Below are positions 1 to 12,560 of a DNA stretch of 44,978 nt, in pieces. Origin of the DNA: Octopus bimaculoides (Eukaryota); NCBI RefSeq assembly GCF_001194135.2, contig NC_068983.1, forward strand, positions 87,215,606 through 87,260,583, written 5' to 3'. The position numbers and the translations under genes were made by a program. Every line of letters starts with the position of its first letter. Positions within the stretch are counted from its first letter, which is position 1. The notes beneath the pieces were generated by a model. The model had not been told where the DNA came from. It ran no database searches and saw only the letters and a list, made by a program, of their open reading frames with translations.

Positions 1-319
1 CATGGACAACTGTATGTTGGCTGCTCAAGAGTGGGCAGCAACAAAAAACCTATTTGTATATGCTCCACAAGGGAAAACAAGGAACATAGTTTACAATGAG
101 GTGTTATAATCACAACAGCAAGAAAGTATGTACATGATCACCTTCTTTTACGAAACTTCATTGACTTTCATATATTTATATTGATATACATATATATACG
201 TGTGTTTGGGTGCGTGTGTGTATATACATCTCTATATATAAAGATGATGCGTAGTCTAGACGGCGTTTTTAGATTTCATTATTCTCTTTAACCCGGGCAA
301 CGCCGGGTATTTCTGCTTG
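1..319 (+). mobile_element. Helitron 3' end: PIF1-like helicase C-terminus (frameshifted) plus subterminal hairpin and degenerate CTRR terminus
   Basis: 1-109 reads HGQLYVGCSRVGSNK/NLFVYAPQGKTRNIVYNEVL* with one extra A in the run at 43-48. This matches the Helitron RepHel C-terminal motif HGQLYVA.SRV...TKNIVY.EV. A hairpin ACCCGG-gcaacg-CCGGGT lies at 291-308, followed by CTTG|T at 316-320. Confidence 0.85.
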
Positions 320-1221
320 TACTATATAATTTGAGAAGGTAAATATTTATAAAGAAACAAAGTACTTCATCAACTAAGTTCTTTGACATTTCATACATTA
401 CATACAGTGAACAATACATATTTGAATGGGTGCAGTCTTACAATAATCAATTCAAAAGTAGTTGGTTCTTTGCTTTTTTTCATTATCGCTCAGAGAATTC
501 TAAGAGGCTTTTCAGTAAACTTTAGGATGACAAGGAGATTATCTTTTAACAATTGCTGCTTAAACTTAACACAGCATATATTCATGATTTTATAAGTCTT
601 TCAAAGCTGATATCAGTAGGTTAAAGTTTATCTTTTCATAAATTACAAAGGTCTATAAGGTTAGTAGTACTTAACTCTGGGTTCTGCAACATTAAACAAA
701 TGAAAGATGAATTTCATGCAAGTAACTTTCTAAGAAAAGCAATAGTACCTATTTTCAACACATCAGTTGAATTGATTAAAAACATATGGGCATAAAGCAT
801 AAATTTGGGCAATTTATATTCCAGGTTCAAACTACTTCAGAATGAAGGACAGGCATTCTAATTCCAGTACTTAAATTGAATGAACTAAATTATCTAAGAC
901 AATCTGCATTTTTAAATAGTTTTTGAAGAATGAGAATAAGATTTGTGTTGAATGAATAGAATTAATAAAGAAAAATAAATTATAATACTAAATAGTCTGG
1001 ATCAGACTTAAAATTGAAAACATTTTTTTTTTCATTTCATAAATATTTATGAAAACAAAGTAAGCTTATTCTGCTGAACAGACTTTATTGTTGAAAAAAT
1101 CTGGTTTAAGAAACTAAACTGAGAATATTTTCTTGCTGTTATTTTAGTTCAGTTTAAAAAATAGATTCCTGTGAGAATGGTGTAACAATGAAAATATTAT
1201 AGAATGACGTTTTATACTTAC

Positions 1222-1280
1222 GGAAAACTAATGGTATTCCTCCCCGAATAGCTTTCAAGTTATCAAATATGGCATTTTTA
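1222..1280 (-). CDS. Internal coding exon (59 bp) of glucose-6-phosphate 1-epimerase / aldose 1-epimerase family gene
   Basis: Minus strand: acceptor ccttttacAG, exon (S)KNAIFDNLKAIRGGIPLVF(P), donor GTAAGT. KAIRGGIP.VFP is the hallmark motif of D-hexose-6-phosphate mutarotases. Its phase-2 start fits the exon at 19738-19789. Confidence 0.93.
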
Positions 1281-2216
1281 CTGTAAAAGGAATTTAGATA
1301 TTTTCATTAATTGTACAATTTATCTTTTATATTTTGTTATCATTTCAATAACTTCTAAAGCAGGAAAAAGAAATAAAAGTTATTATTAATAAGACAAACA
1401 TGCTGAGGAAGATCAGCTTAACAGATTCTTAATTAGTTAATGGCTTAATGCAGCATTATACTGAAAAATAAGCACATGACCTGGAAGAAAAAAAAATGAT
1501 TCATCTGATTCAAGATGCAGTTAGACATGAATGATGTTAATTTATATTTTAATCAAGTGACTGTTATGTTAATCAAACTGCCTAAACTGTCTTTTAAGAT
1601 GATGGGGATAGCAAAGGATAAAACAAAGTGTTTTATTCAGTTTCAGTGTCTTGTATATCAGAGTTCTAATTCTACCTTGGCTGGCTATACCTTTCTTCTA
1701 TCTATGGTTGAGGAATTCAATACCATTGATATATGAACTGATTCACATAGCTGCTTACTCTCCACATAAGATGGTGATTGGTAAAGTTATTAGATCAGAT
1801 AAGATGTATTACAGTATTTGTTCCAGTTCTTTGCCTTCCAAGCTCAAATCCTGCAAAGGTTTACATTCCCCCCATCTTTTCAGGGTCAAATAAAGTACCA
1901 GGTCAGCACTGGGGAAAATTTTTCTTCTCTCTCTAACTTTCATTTTCTTTCTCTTCTCTGGAAAATCAGTTCAAATCTGGACAGGGAATGGGTTCTGCTA
2001 GATTTAAAATACCCAAGACACATCATATGTCATAATGGTGATCTTCTGACTCCATTAGAAGATGAGTCCAAAGAAATAAGAAAGATACTTACCATATAGA
2101 AAAAATTGGCACATATCCCCATCATAATTATTATTATAAATTTATAGCATTGGGCATTTTAGAAATAATTATTAGGGCGGTGGGTTGACAGAATTATAAG
2201 ATTGACAAATAAAATA

Positions 2217-3025
2217 TGTTGCAGGTCTTGCTTCAAAATGTATGATCAGTCTTTATGGATAAGTCCCATAAAATTCTGTGGTTATTATTCTCCATCACAG
2301 CTTATGGTATATGTTCATAACACTTTTCTGCATTTTGGAATCTACATACTCAGTTAACATCCCAATGCACTCTTTTACTTATACAATCATGCCTTATACT
2401 CTTTTTGCAATAGCTTACTGCATTCATTTAAGTGATGGTTAATACTTTTGTCTCTTTGTCCCTAGATTCTACATTTGCTCTCTAACTGAAGTTTATCAAT
2501 CTTTGTTTTTATCAAATTCATTCTAATGGCTTGTTCCTGAACAACTACAATTAGAAATTCAGTTTCTTGCTATAGGTTTCCAGCTGTCAGCCACAACCAA
2601 CATTCCTGACTTATAACATCCTTGATTGGGTGCATGAATTGGCCATTTAATTCCTTCTCTTTCCAGCTATTTTCCCTTTTGTTCTTCCTTCAGTTCTTGA
2701 ATTTTCTGACTGTTTCAATAACTTTTTTTGGATATTTCTAGCTGTCAATAGTATTCTTTCTTCACTGAATACAACATTTCTTCAAACTCAGTATCTTAAT
2801 ACTAATGGTGTTTTTGTGTTTAACAATCTTCTTCCTTTCATGGTAGGTAGAGCCTGTCAATATTACTTTTAGGGTGGTGTGCATTGTGCATTTTGAGCAG
2901 CTTCCTAGTTCTTCTATAGAATTCCTTTAACTCTGTCTTTGTCATTTCTTGAACAAGAGCTGAGTATCTTAATATTGGGTATAGCCTATGTATTCCTTGT
3001 TTTGGTAATATTCCCTCCATCATTA
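2217..3025 (-). mobile_element. Decayed R4/Dong-clade (RLE) non-LTR retrotransposon fragment, post-RT to endonuclease region
   Basis: RRTRKLLKMHNAHHPKSNIDRLYLP (ORF 2838-3023), then degraded zinc-knuckle, YEH.P and LWD...TDH...ARP-like motifs with stops and frameshifts. Confidence 0.8.
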
Positions 3026-3187
3026 ATGAAGATATAACAGAGATAATCTCAAACTTTATGTGTGGGATAAAAAAAACATCTTTTTAACATCAGAAAACAC
3101 TTTTATTCATATAAATAGAAATATTCATATCTTGAGAATTTGAGATGATTCTGCATCAATAAGAACTTTTATACTACATTATTATTA

Positions 3188-3385
3188 CAATAATCCCTCA
3201 ACTATTGTGGGTGTTACGTTCCAAAATCCTCCGCGATAGGTGAAAATCAGTGAAGTAGAAACAGTACTGTACTGAATATCTTTTAAAATTATTTTTATAA
3301 TTTGTATATATTTATTTTATTATAACACCATGGGGGATTCGACATAAGCTTAAATAATAAACTGTGATATGGCAAGGGATTATTG
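3188..3385. mobile_element. Tigger/pogo-like MITE (198 bp)
   Basis: Perfect 11-bp TIR CAATAATCCCT / AGGGATTATTG, flanked by TA at 3186-3187 and 3386-3387. The left end resembles Tigger-type termini (GTTACGTTCCAAAATCCTCCGCGATAGG). Confidence 0.75.
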
Positions 3386-3398
3386 TAATTAAGAAAAA

Positions 3399-3617
3399 GG
3401 CAGCAAGCTGGCAGAACCGTTAGCATACTGGATGAAATGTTTAGAGGTATTTTGTCTGCTGCTACATTCTGAGTTCAAATTCCACCAAGGTCAACTTTGC
3501 CTTTCGTCCTTTCGGGGTTGATTAAATAAGTACTAGTTATGCACTGGGGTCAATTAAATCGACTTAATTCTCTCCCACAACCTGTCCTTGTGGCAAAAAT
3601 TTGAAATCATTATTATT
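3399..3617 (+). mobile_element. tRNA-derived SINE, family A, near full length
   Basis: Box A-like TGGCAGAACCGTTAG, box B-like GAGTTCAAATTCC, central GCCTTTCGTCCTTTCGGGGTTGATTAAATAAGTAC core and (ATT)n tail. Many related copies occur in the window. Confidence 0.8.
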
Positions 3618-4572
3618 AATTTAGAATGTTCATTTAAAAACCAGAAATCAAGGAAACAAAATCAGTGAGAATTCTGGGAAATAAAGTTATGACTTCTCTT
3701 TAATGCAAGTTACTTTGTTATCATTCTACAGGCCCTTCACTGACTTCCAATCTTATAGGATCTTCTATGCATAATCACAGCATAACATTTGGGTGGCTGA
3801 TATCACTTGATTAATTGGTTTTTAAATTGGTTTTTATAAAAATATTTCAGAATAAAGATGTTGTTTTAAATTACTGAGATAATTAGAAATACATATGCTA
3901 CTGATTAAAATATTCATTATATGAATAAATTATGATTAGGTTGGTACAACTTATATTAAACTTTATTAAGTTGATATATATTTGTAAACAACAATTCAAG
4001 AGTGAAAAATAATGTGCTGATAGAAATGAATATATCTTTTTCTCATTATTTTTCTTTTTGTCCAGGTAGATATACTAGTCATTGGTGCCACAATAAAATG
4101 CACCTAATTCGTTCTGTAAAGTAGTTGGCAAAAGAAACAGAGTTACTATACGATAGAGAGGACTCTTTAATCATGCTGCAGATAAGACATCTTTACTGCT
4201 GATATATGAATAAAATACATTCAGTACATTTTTTAGAGGATGACAATAGAATGGTTATCAGCTGAAGAAATAATGATAAAATATGGAATGTAAAAGTGAG
4301 ATATAGTTCCCAACCCATTTAGGAGGACAATAACTCAAAAGAAGAACTGAATCTAACTGTGACAGCCCAATCAATGCCAATATAAGAATGACGATGTTTT
4401 TTTATAACCATGTTGTATCAAACTTCTTATACATGCTTTGTGAAATTTGCTTTTTGCATGACAATACATCACCTTTGTTGTTGATGTAACTGCTCTTTGA
4501 TCTTTTTTTACCACTTCCTTACTCTGACTACTAAGCTTTTATTACAACTACTAATCATATTATTTTTATGAA

Positions 4573-4583
4573 ATATATATATA

Positions 4584-4620
<37 letters not shown>
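4573..4620. repeat. (TA)n microsatellite
   Basis: Direct reading. Further (TA)n at 6252-6285, (TAT)n at 8137-8180, (GA)n at 32872-32909 and mixed (TA/CA)n at 43575-43720 generate most of the spurious ORFs. Confidence 0.95.
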
Positions 4621-4829
4621 TTCAAAGCTATGTCTAGTGAGCCATCTAAGCAGAACAAGGGTTTCTTATTTCACACTGATAATTACTGTGGTAGCTATTT
4701 CAGTACACCAAGAGGATCTGAAACCCCAGCTTTCTATAACTCTGCTAGAAAGACAAAGAGAAAGAAGTATTATTTCATCAAGGGCATAACCATTATCTCA
4801 CTGTGTACTTGTTGTCAAGTTCTTACATT

Positions 4830-5265
4830 TGACCATACTGATAAATGGTATGAACATGAACCTAGTAAAGCACTAGAAAATAAGAAATATAAAATGTTTA
4901 ACATTAAGATGGACAGAATGATAGAAGCCAGAAGGCCTGATTTAGTAGTAGTGGATAAAGAGAATAGAAAGTGCCAGATAATTGACTTTACAGTCCCAAA
5001 TGATGAAAAAGTCAATATGAGAGATGTAGAGAAAATAAGCAAAGTACCAGGACCTAGCGATTGAGTTACAGAAACTATGGATTTGAACAGATAGATAGAG
5101 GAAACAGGCATAAAACTCAGTTTAGTACAGCTCCAGAAAACAGTGTTATTAGGGACAGCTAGGATACTTAGGAGGGTTCTTGGCATTTGAGGTTACTTGT
5201 AGTCTGATGTTAGGAATTTTTCTTTTCCAACAGTCTAAGCTGTTGAGTGTATATGAAATAATAAA
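4830..5265 (+). mobile_element. R4/Dong-clade LINE 3' end (restriction-like endonuclease domain) followed by (AAT)n
   Basis: DKWYEHEP...IEARRPDLVVVDKENRKCQIIDFTVPND (RLE PD..D motif), then LQKTVLLGTARILRRVLGI* with stop at 5188-5190, a short 3' UTR, and an (AAT)n/(GAT)n tract at about 5266-5345. Confidence 0.88.
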
Positions 5266-5345
5266 TAATAATGATAATAATAATAATAATAATATTAATA
5301 ATAATAATAATGATGATGATGATGATGATGATAATGATGATGATT

Positions 5346-5520
5346 CTTTCCACAATAGGCACAATTTTGGGGAAGGAGTCTAGTGCTCAACTGGTACTTG
5401 TTTTAGTGACCCCAACAGGATGAAAGGCAAAGTCAACTTGATGGAATTTGCATCCAGAATGTAAAGCTAGAAGAAATGCATCTTAGCAGTTTGGTGTGCT
5501 AATGATTCTGTCAGCATACC
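5346..5520 (-). mobile_element. SINE family A copy, degraded
   Basis: Reverse-complement match to 3399-3617 (GGATGAAAGGCAAAGTCAAC core), directly after the (AAT)/(GAT) tract. Confidence 0.7.
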
Positions 5521-6249
5521 ACCTCCTCCTTCTTCTAAAAATAATAATAATTTTGAACTTTGACACAAGTTTACCCATTTTCCAGATAGAAAGAGAAGGT
5601 CATAGAATTATTCACCAGCCACTTACATGTATTTACATTAGTCATTCCAAAATGCTGAAAAACAGTCTACCCCACTTTGTCACTTGGATTTGAACGAAGA
5701 ACATGAAAAACATAACTAAATACCTCAAAGTACCTAGTCTGACACTCTACTGTTTCAGCTAATCATTAATAACAATACACATCATCAAAAGCCATAGGAA
5801 CATGATTTGCATTCTTATTACTCTATTATGCCCAACAGACATAAACATTGAAATAAAGGTGGTAGGAAAGCTATTGAAAGTACAATCTTGATTAAATACA
5901 GAAAGAATGCAACCTAATAAAGTGTTAGAAATTTTTTATTACACTTGTAATCTTTACAAGTTACATTCACTTTTGTCTGTAAAGGTTATGTTTATTCAAA
6001 AGACAATTATTTCATCTTTTGTTACCTGTATCATTTCACTCCTAAGGTTTTCTACTTAACACCGAGCTGATTTATTTTCCCAAAATGACATATCTCTTTG
6101 CAAGTAATTTCTTACTAATGCTCAATCTCTAATCTTTTTCCCTTCAATCAAAATATTAATGACATCGATGTCAAAATATCACTTACACATTCAAGTTTAA
6201 GATATCCTTTTCAGTTTGCTGTAAAAACTTTCTTTTTATTATTTTAGCA

Positions 6250-6296
<47 letters not shown>

Positions 6297-6299
6297 TAA

Positions 6300-7080
6300 A
6301 ATAAAAATTAATCAAGATCAGAAGAACAGTGATTTGCCCATCCAAATGTTATTATACAGTTAATCCCATTGTTCTTCGTCAAGACCTATGCATGTTTCCA
6401 CTGCAATCCAGTGCACACTGTTAAGTGTGTATCTTGGTGTTAATTATTGGTGCAACTTCATCAGGGTCTATTGCTGCTGTTGGTCCGATATCATTGAAAG
6501 AGAGTAATGAGGTTGACCAAAATTATTCCCTTATGTGGTGTTAGTATTACAATAAATAGTCATATATCTTGTGAACTTTATATTACCCTGGCCACTTTGG
6601 AATTTATAGCTAGATTTTGTCTTAAAATAGGTCAATGTTCAAGTATATTCCTATAGTTCTTAATTCATATTCTAACTTACCATTCTACTCATGTAGAACA
6701 ATATTCTTATTTTTTCAAAGGTATTCAATTTCTTTTTGGTTTGTTATTGTTATAATTATTAGGCTATGGGTCTATTATATTCTTGTCATTTTGAAAATTT
6801 AATATCTTTCTTACAGTTGATTTTATTCAACTTAAACTTCATTTTCAACTCTTCAAAATTTTATCTAGTTTAATTTTTGTAGGGGTTTACATTTAATTTA
6901 CATAACTCTAATTCTAATTTTAGTAGTTTGTATCAAGCAATTACTTAAACCTCTTAAAGGTATATTTTGATTGGTGAACACATCTTAATGTACTTTCCTG
7001 TCTATGATTTATCAATATAAATTTTGAGGTAAGAATTGGTAAATATATTCTTAGTTTTGGGGATATAGCAATAAACCTAC
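6300..7080 (-). mobile_element. Possible decayed Penelope-like element remnant ending in a hammerhead-like motif
   Basis: Weak resemblance of the translation to PLE C-terminal regions. CTGATGA...GAAA hammerhead-like motif at 6382-6469. Confidence 0.35.
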
Positions 7081-7195
7081 AATATATATGTGTGTGTGTG
7101 TGTGTGTGTGCTAACAATGGAAAACTGTCTTCACTGAAAACTGAAAAAAAGGTATCTTAAACTTGAATTAGTGACATATATATATNNNNNNNNNN

Positions 7196-8010
7196 CCGTT
7201 ACATTCACTTCAACATTTAAATTTAATTTGTCAAAATATTTTTGTAGCTTTGAACCGCAACTTCTTCACTGACAAAATATTAATTCCACCTGAGATCAGC
7301 TTTCAGACTAAAATGCCTATTTCATAATTTTTTTCTCTGATACCAATTATCCTTCTTACTATCCAGAACCATTTCACTTGACATCCATCTTTCATTCTTA
7401 ATATTGTCCCTCTCCACTCAAATTTTACATTGATCACCCTTCTGTGTCATCAAGTTATCTCTCCTTCTCCACCACCATACATCTCTCATTCTCTCCATGT
7501 GCTACATCTACCTCTATCCACAGTTGCAAGATTGTGAGGGAAGAAGCAGATGTCCCTTTGTCTCAACTTTCTCCTGTCCAATCAATTTTTATTACTATTT
7601 TGCTGCTCTTACCCCTTTCTGCATAGTCAATCATCACATGCTCCCCCTTACTTTCTCTAACTTATATGTATCATCAACCACCCTTCACCACATCTAACCC
7701 TCAACCCTACCCACTCTGCACAGTCACCACTTTCCCTTCAATGTATAGTTATCATTGACCCTTGTTCATCATTCTTTATATTCACCCCTTCACCCATTCG
7801 GCCATCTCTAATCATTCCTCATTCTTCCCATACATTCTTGCAAACCCACTCATACTCCTTGCTCTCCTATCCCTACCTCTACTCACCTTGTACTTTGAAA
7901 GTCCACCCAACACATTTATATTACCACTATTTTATCTCCCTTTTCCATCTCGGTTACTCTCACCCACTCTTCAATAATATGAATAACCATGTAGCTCCTG
8001 AAACAAGAAA
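7196..8010 (-). repeat. CT-rich (GA-rich on minus strand) interspersed repeat of uncertain class with terminal hammerhead-like motif
   Basis: Strong pyrimidine skew over about 7320-7975. Hammerhead-like geometry at 7227-7276. Confidence 0.4.
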
Positions 8011-8133
8011 CCAATTCTGTTCTGGTCCCTCCTATCACATTCTAATGCTCATTTGGGGACAATACAATCAACTTTCCCTTCCCCTAAAATTGTTGACCTT
8101 TTTCCAAAATTTGTGTTGTTGCTGTCATTGTTG

Positions 8134-8180
<47 letters not shown>

Positions 8181-10599
8181 GGTATAATGCCTCAAATATA
8201 TCAGTCAAAGGGAAATAGTTTCAACTGGAAACTGAAATCATGTAATTTTCATTTACTGTCATATAATGAATATAAAGACATGGAGAATATAATAACTAAA
8301 CTTGTGAATGGGAAACATTGTTCAAGTACAAACATTTGCAAATCGAAATATTAAAAATGTAGAGAAATAAAAGAAAACAAAAACAAACATAGATGTCTGA
8401 GAGTAAATTAAAGGAGACAACTTGAAATACTTCCAATAGCTTTAACCCCAAGTGTACAATACAATGCAGTTTACTAAGGACAAGCTATATAATATGTCTA
8501 TAAAATAATGATGTAGCTAATTCCAAATTCATGTCAATACTTACTCAAAATCAATTGTATATCAGTGATGAATTATGCAAAGAAAACACAACAACAATAA
8601 TAATAAAACCATAACTATAACAATAAAAACATTATTTTTATTAGATTTTATCAACATGTATTTGACAAACATTTCTTCACATGGAAACCAGTTTGACTGT
8701 AGTAAGTGGCACATCATAATTAGCTACTTTTGATATTGATTTGCCTACTTAGTTCTCTTGTTTGTAGATATATCATTAGCTTTAATAAGTTCGTATAGTA
8801 AACATGACTATGATTTTTCATCCCTGAAACAATTGTCAAACTTGCCAACCAGTTTGGAATTTATGAAAAATCAAATACTTATAATAAGTATCATAAATGC
8901 AACTCAAATATAAGACACATTAATTTATCTATTAATCAGAAATAAAATAGCAACAAGTTCAAGATGCTGGGCTATAAAACAGTTGATTATTGTTTTAAGA
9001 ATTCTTCAGAGGAGTGTAAATTCTATAACCTATCTGCTAGTTACTATAAGTGGGGAAAAATGTTAATTTCTAAAGAATATATTTCCTCATAATCTATAAA
9101 TTTTCAAAAAATTTTGCAGTAAAATTTTGATAAATTTTGTTGAAAAGGTCACTTTTAAAAATGTCAATAGTTTGTATTAATCTAAAATAGCCATACATCT
9201 TAATAAAATTTGGTTGAAAGAATAGAAGTTTATGTGAACAGAATTTATCTGAGGGCATCTCAAAGAGAGTACCAGTTCCAACACTAGCTATATCCAAAAA
9301 GTTTTGATTCGAGTCTGGGATCACATTACATACTGATAAATTTAAGTTGTATGAACACCACTTCAAAACATCATTTTTGTTACCCTCAATATGAATTTAC
9401 AGGCTATATAAGCAAATATTTATAAAAATAACTCATGATAAGCAAAGCGATGGAATCAGTAATGAAATTAAACATAACATGAAGTCAAGACTCATAAATA
9501 AATTAAATTAGGAATATGAGTGTGTTGGTTCAGTCATTTCAAATTGGTTAAATAATGCAACTAAATTTTTGATAGTTTTTGTAAATCGCTAATAAACATG
9601 AAGGATCCTTTGCTATGCTGTTGTTGACAAACTTAATTATAAATAGGATTATGAAATAAAATAGACATAGTAGTGAAGAGATTAGAGAAAATTTCATTGA
9701 TGCGGAAATTATGACAGGAAGTAATATAAAAGAATGCATTTTTATTCTCAGTACTAATTTAGAACCATGTGATCCAACACAGACAATTTCCTCTAATTTC
9801 TATATTTGTAAACCACGATCAATTTATTCTCAGAGTCAGTATTAGTGCAGCTTTATATTTTGCAGTCATGCTACAATATTAAAAAAATCAATGTTTATAG
9901 TGTAATCTAAACAAAATTACACAACTTCAACAGTAAGGAAACAATTATTATTATTACTGCTGCTTTTGATTCATCTGAGCAAAATAGTTTACTGTAATTA
10001 TTTTACCAAATTTAAATATTTTTCTTTCATATAATCATCTTTGGTAGGCTATCAGCTAGATCGATCACTCTCTATCACTTGCTTTCTTTCACTCTTTCAC
10101 ACACACATATACAAACTTGCTTATGTTTGTCCATTAAATTTGATGATGGACATCTTCAACAAGTTTTTGCTGATTGTAAATCCAAATTCTTAATGTACAG
10201 CTTTGGTTGAAGGCAAGATATGTGAATATTGGTTGGAGTGGCTAAATACTAATATGCATGCATGCCTCTTTTCTAACTTCTCTTGGGCACATTGAGTGCA
10301 TTTCACCCTCTCCCATATCTTCAATGAAAAGTCCATAATGAATAGTTGATTTTACTTCTTTGGCCAGGCAATAACCAAGATGTATCTGAGCACACTACAG
10401 GTTTGAGTCATCTCAGCTGATACCTGTACAATATATATTTAATACTGGTTGTATTGGTTCAAAGGAGATTTCTGTGTGTATACTCCCATCACTCCAAGAA
10501 ACAGAAAGTCTCCTAAAAAGATTGGATGTTAAAGCCTCAAGGGTCTTATATCAACTGTATGTAATCACACTCACACAAGAAGGTAGAAGGTAATCAAAC

Positions 10600-11640
10600 A
10601 AATTACCAGATAGATGAGAATCTTGGTATGAAGATTGAAATGGTTATATTAGAAAGATACTATATTTGTACCTTTTAACAGTTACAGAGATCTGTCTGAG
10701 ATAGTTTGTAATCTGCTCCAATCTGCTGTCATATTGGGAAGGTCTGATTAGTTGTTGTTGTTGTTGTTGTACTAAGTAAATGGGAAAGAAAGAAGGTGGT
10801 GTGGTGTGCCATTGAGGGATAACCTATTTCCTTGGTCTTAACTGTTAGGCCCATCTTTTAAAGTGCTGTAAGTGCTGCTGAAATAGTGACTTGAGGGCTT
10901 CTGGAGAGCAAGTTGCTAGAGTATAGTCATCAGCATTCTGTAGTTTGATGATCTGTTTGTGTCTAGGCTCAGTGTTGACTTACAGCTGCTGGACAACGCA
11001 AGGATGCTTATCAAATCAAAAGTTTATAGTGACTTCTGCCTCCCTTTCCCACAGAAGTTTTCTGTTGACTGTATCAAAGACCTTTGAAATATAAGTGTTT
11101 TGTCAAGATGGGCATTTAACAAAATTTCTCCATCACTGCCAAATCCACAGATTTAGGCTGGTTTAAGATTTGGTTAAAGAATTTGCTCCAACATTCCACA
11201 ACTGCTTACTGACTTTTGAATAGAGATGTGTCATCTGATGACTTAAGTGTTGCTAGGAAATAATTTCAGGGGGTCATAAAATGTTTTTTTTTTATTTTTC
11301 ATCCTAGAAATTATGCATTTCTGCAAGCAGATGAATTTCTTAAGCTTTTAAATCTACCATTCATTTCTTTGAAAAGCTTATTGTTGTTGTTTTAGAGTGT
11401 GATGAGGGGTTGTTTAGAGTTGCTCTGTGGGCCTTGGGTATATCATTCAGGAGCTTACAAATTCTGCTGGACTTCTCATTGAATCAATCTTGGCATTTTT
11501 GTCTCTTGAATCAAATCGTTTTGGCAGAAATCTAGTGTGGGAGGTTCATTTGTCATTTATGTTAGTTTCTGAAGTTAGGAGTGTATCTGAATCCTTTGGT
11601 TTGATAATTGGTGAGTGAGGGTAGATTTTACAAATGCTGG
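10600..11640 (-). mobile_element. Highly decayed RTE-clade LINE reverse transcriptase remnant
   Basis: Minus-strand fragments CWSKFFNQILNQP, KVFDTVNRKLLW (KAFD.V.R..LW) and KLQNADDYTLA (YADD region), with many indels. Confidence 0.65.
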
Positions 11641-11949
11641 AATTTTTGAGCTTGCAGTAACACACCCATGCATGTGCATGAGAGGCAAAATTTAGAGCTT
11701 AGGCTTTGCAATTGCTACTGAGGCAAGTTCAACAAGATACATATACTACTTCACTTTTTACCAGTTTGCCTGATTAACTGCACATGTACTCTTTATTGTT
11801 GAATGGTTAAGACAGAATATGTAGGAGTACTGAAACTGAAGATAAAACCTGGGCCTGTAAAATAATGTGATTAGTCAACCAATATAAGCATTGGACTACA
11901 AAAGAAATGACTATTAAAAATTTATCAACTTTATGAACAGTAATAAGTT

Positions 11950-12560
11950 TTTATGGTCACACACACACACACTACACTGTAAAGTGGTTGTCAAGCAAGC
12001 AGAGTTGTTGAATCAAGAGCACCCTTTAATCTTGTCAAAGACATGCCAACCTCTATAGTGCTGGTATCATGATAAAATGCACCCACTACACTCTGTAAAG
12101 TGAGGGATTAGGAGGACCCTTTAGTTTTGTTGAGAACATGACAACTTCTTCAGTGCTGGTACCATAATTTAATATATGGAGTAAAGTGGTTGGGTTAGAA
12201 AGAGCATCTAGTCATAGAAATCAAGTCAAAAATGTAACATACAAGTTAGATGTGGTCCTTTGATACATCTAGGAGAGCAGTGACTCAAAATAAGAAGTAA
12301 CATGAACTAGAATGATCTTTTCAATTTCTGCCAGTATGAAAAGCAAGCATAAAATTATGATGATGAAAATGATATAGATCTAAAGCATTGATGAATGGTA
12401 AGAAGCTCCCCACCTCCAGCTCGACGAGTGTTGATGTATCTATGTCTATGTAACTTTGAAGTTCAGCAAAAGAGACCAATAGAATAAGTACTAGGCTTTA
12501 AAAAAATAAGTCCCGAGGGCGATAGTCAAATGACTGAAACAAGTAAAACATAAAAGATAA
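11950..12560 (+). repeat. Degraded SINE/RTE-tail-related repeats
   Basis: Three degenerate GTAAAGTGGTTG modules, then an AGAATAAGTACTAGGCTT...GTCAAATGACTGAAACAAGTAAA tail matching 21596-21700. Confidence 0.55.

Noticed and set aside
383-595. 70-aa ORF and its antisense frame
   Set aside because: No motif, starts at TTG, and the length is expected by chance.
2086-2135. Strong minus-strand donor (ATG|GTAAGT) preceded by ...GDMCQFFLYG, which would join neatly to GATIISW
   Set aside because: It lies downstream of the GATIISW exon, has an in-frame stop a few codons upstream and no acceptor, and sits in repeat debris.
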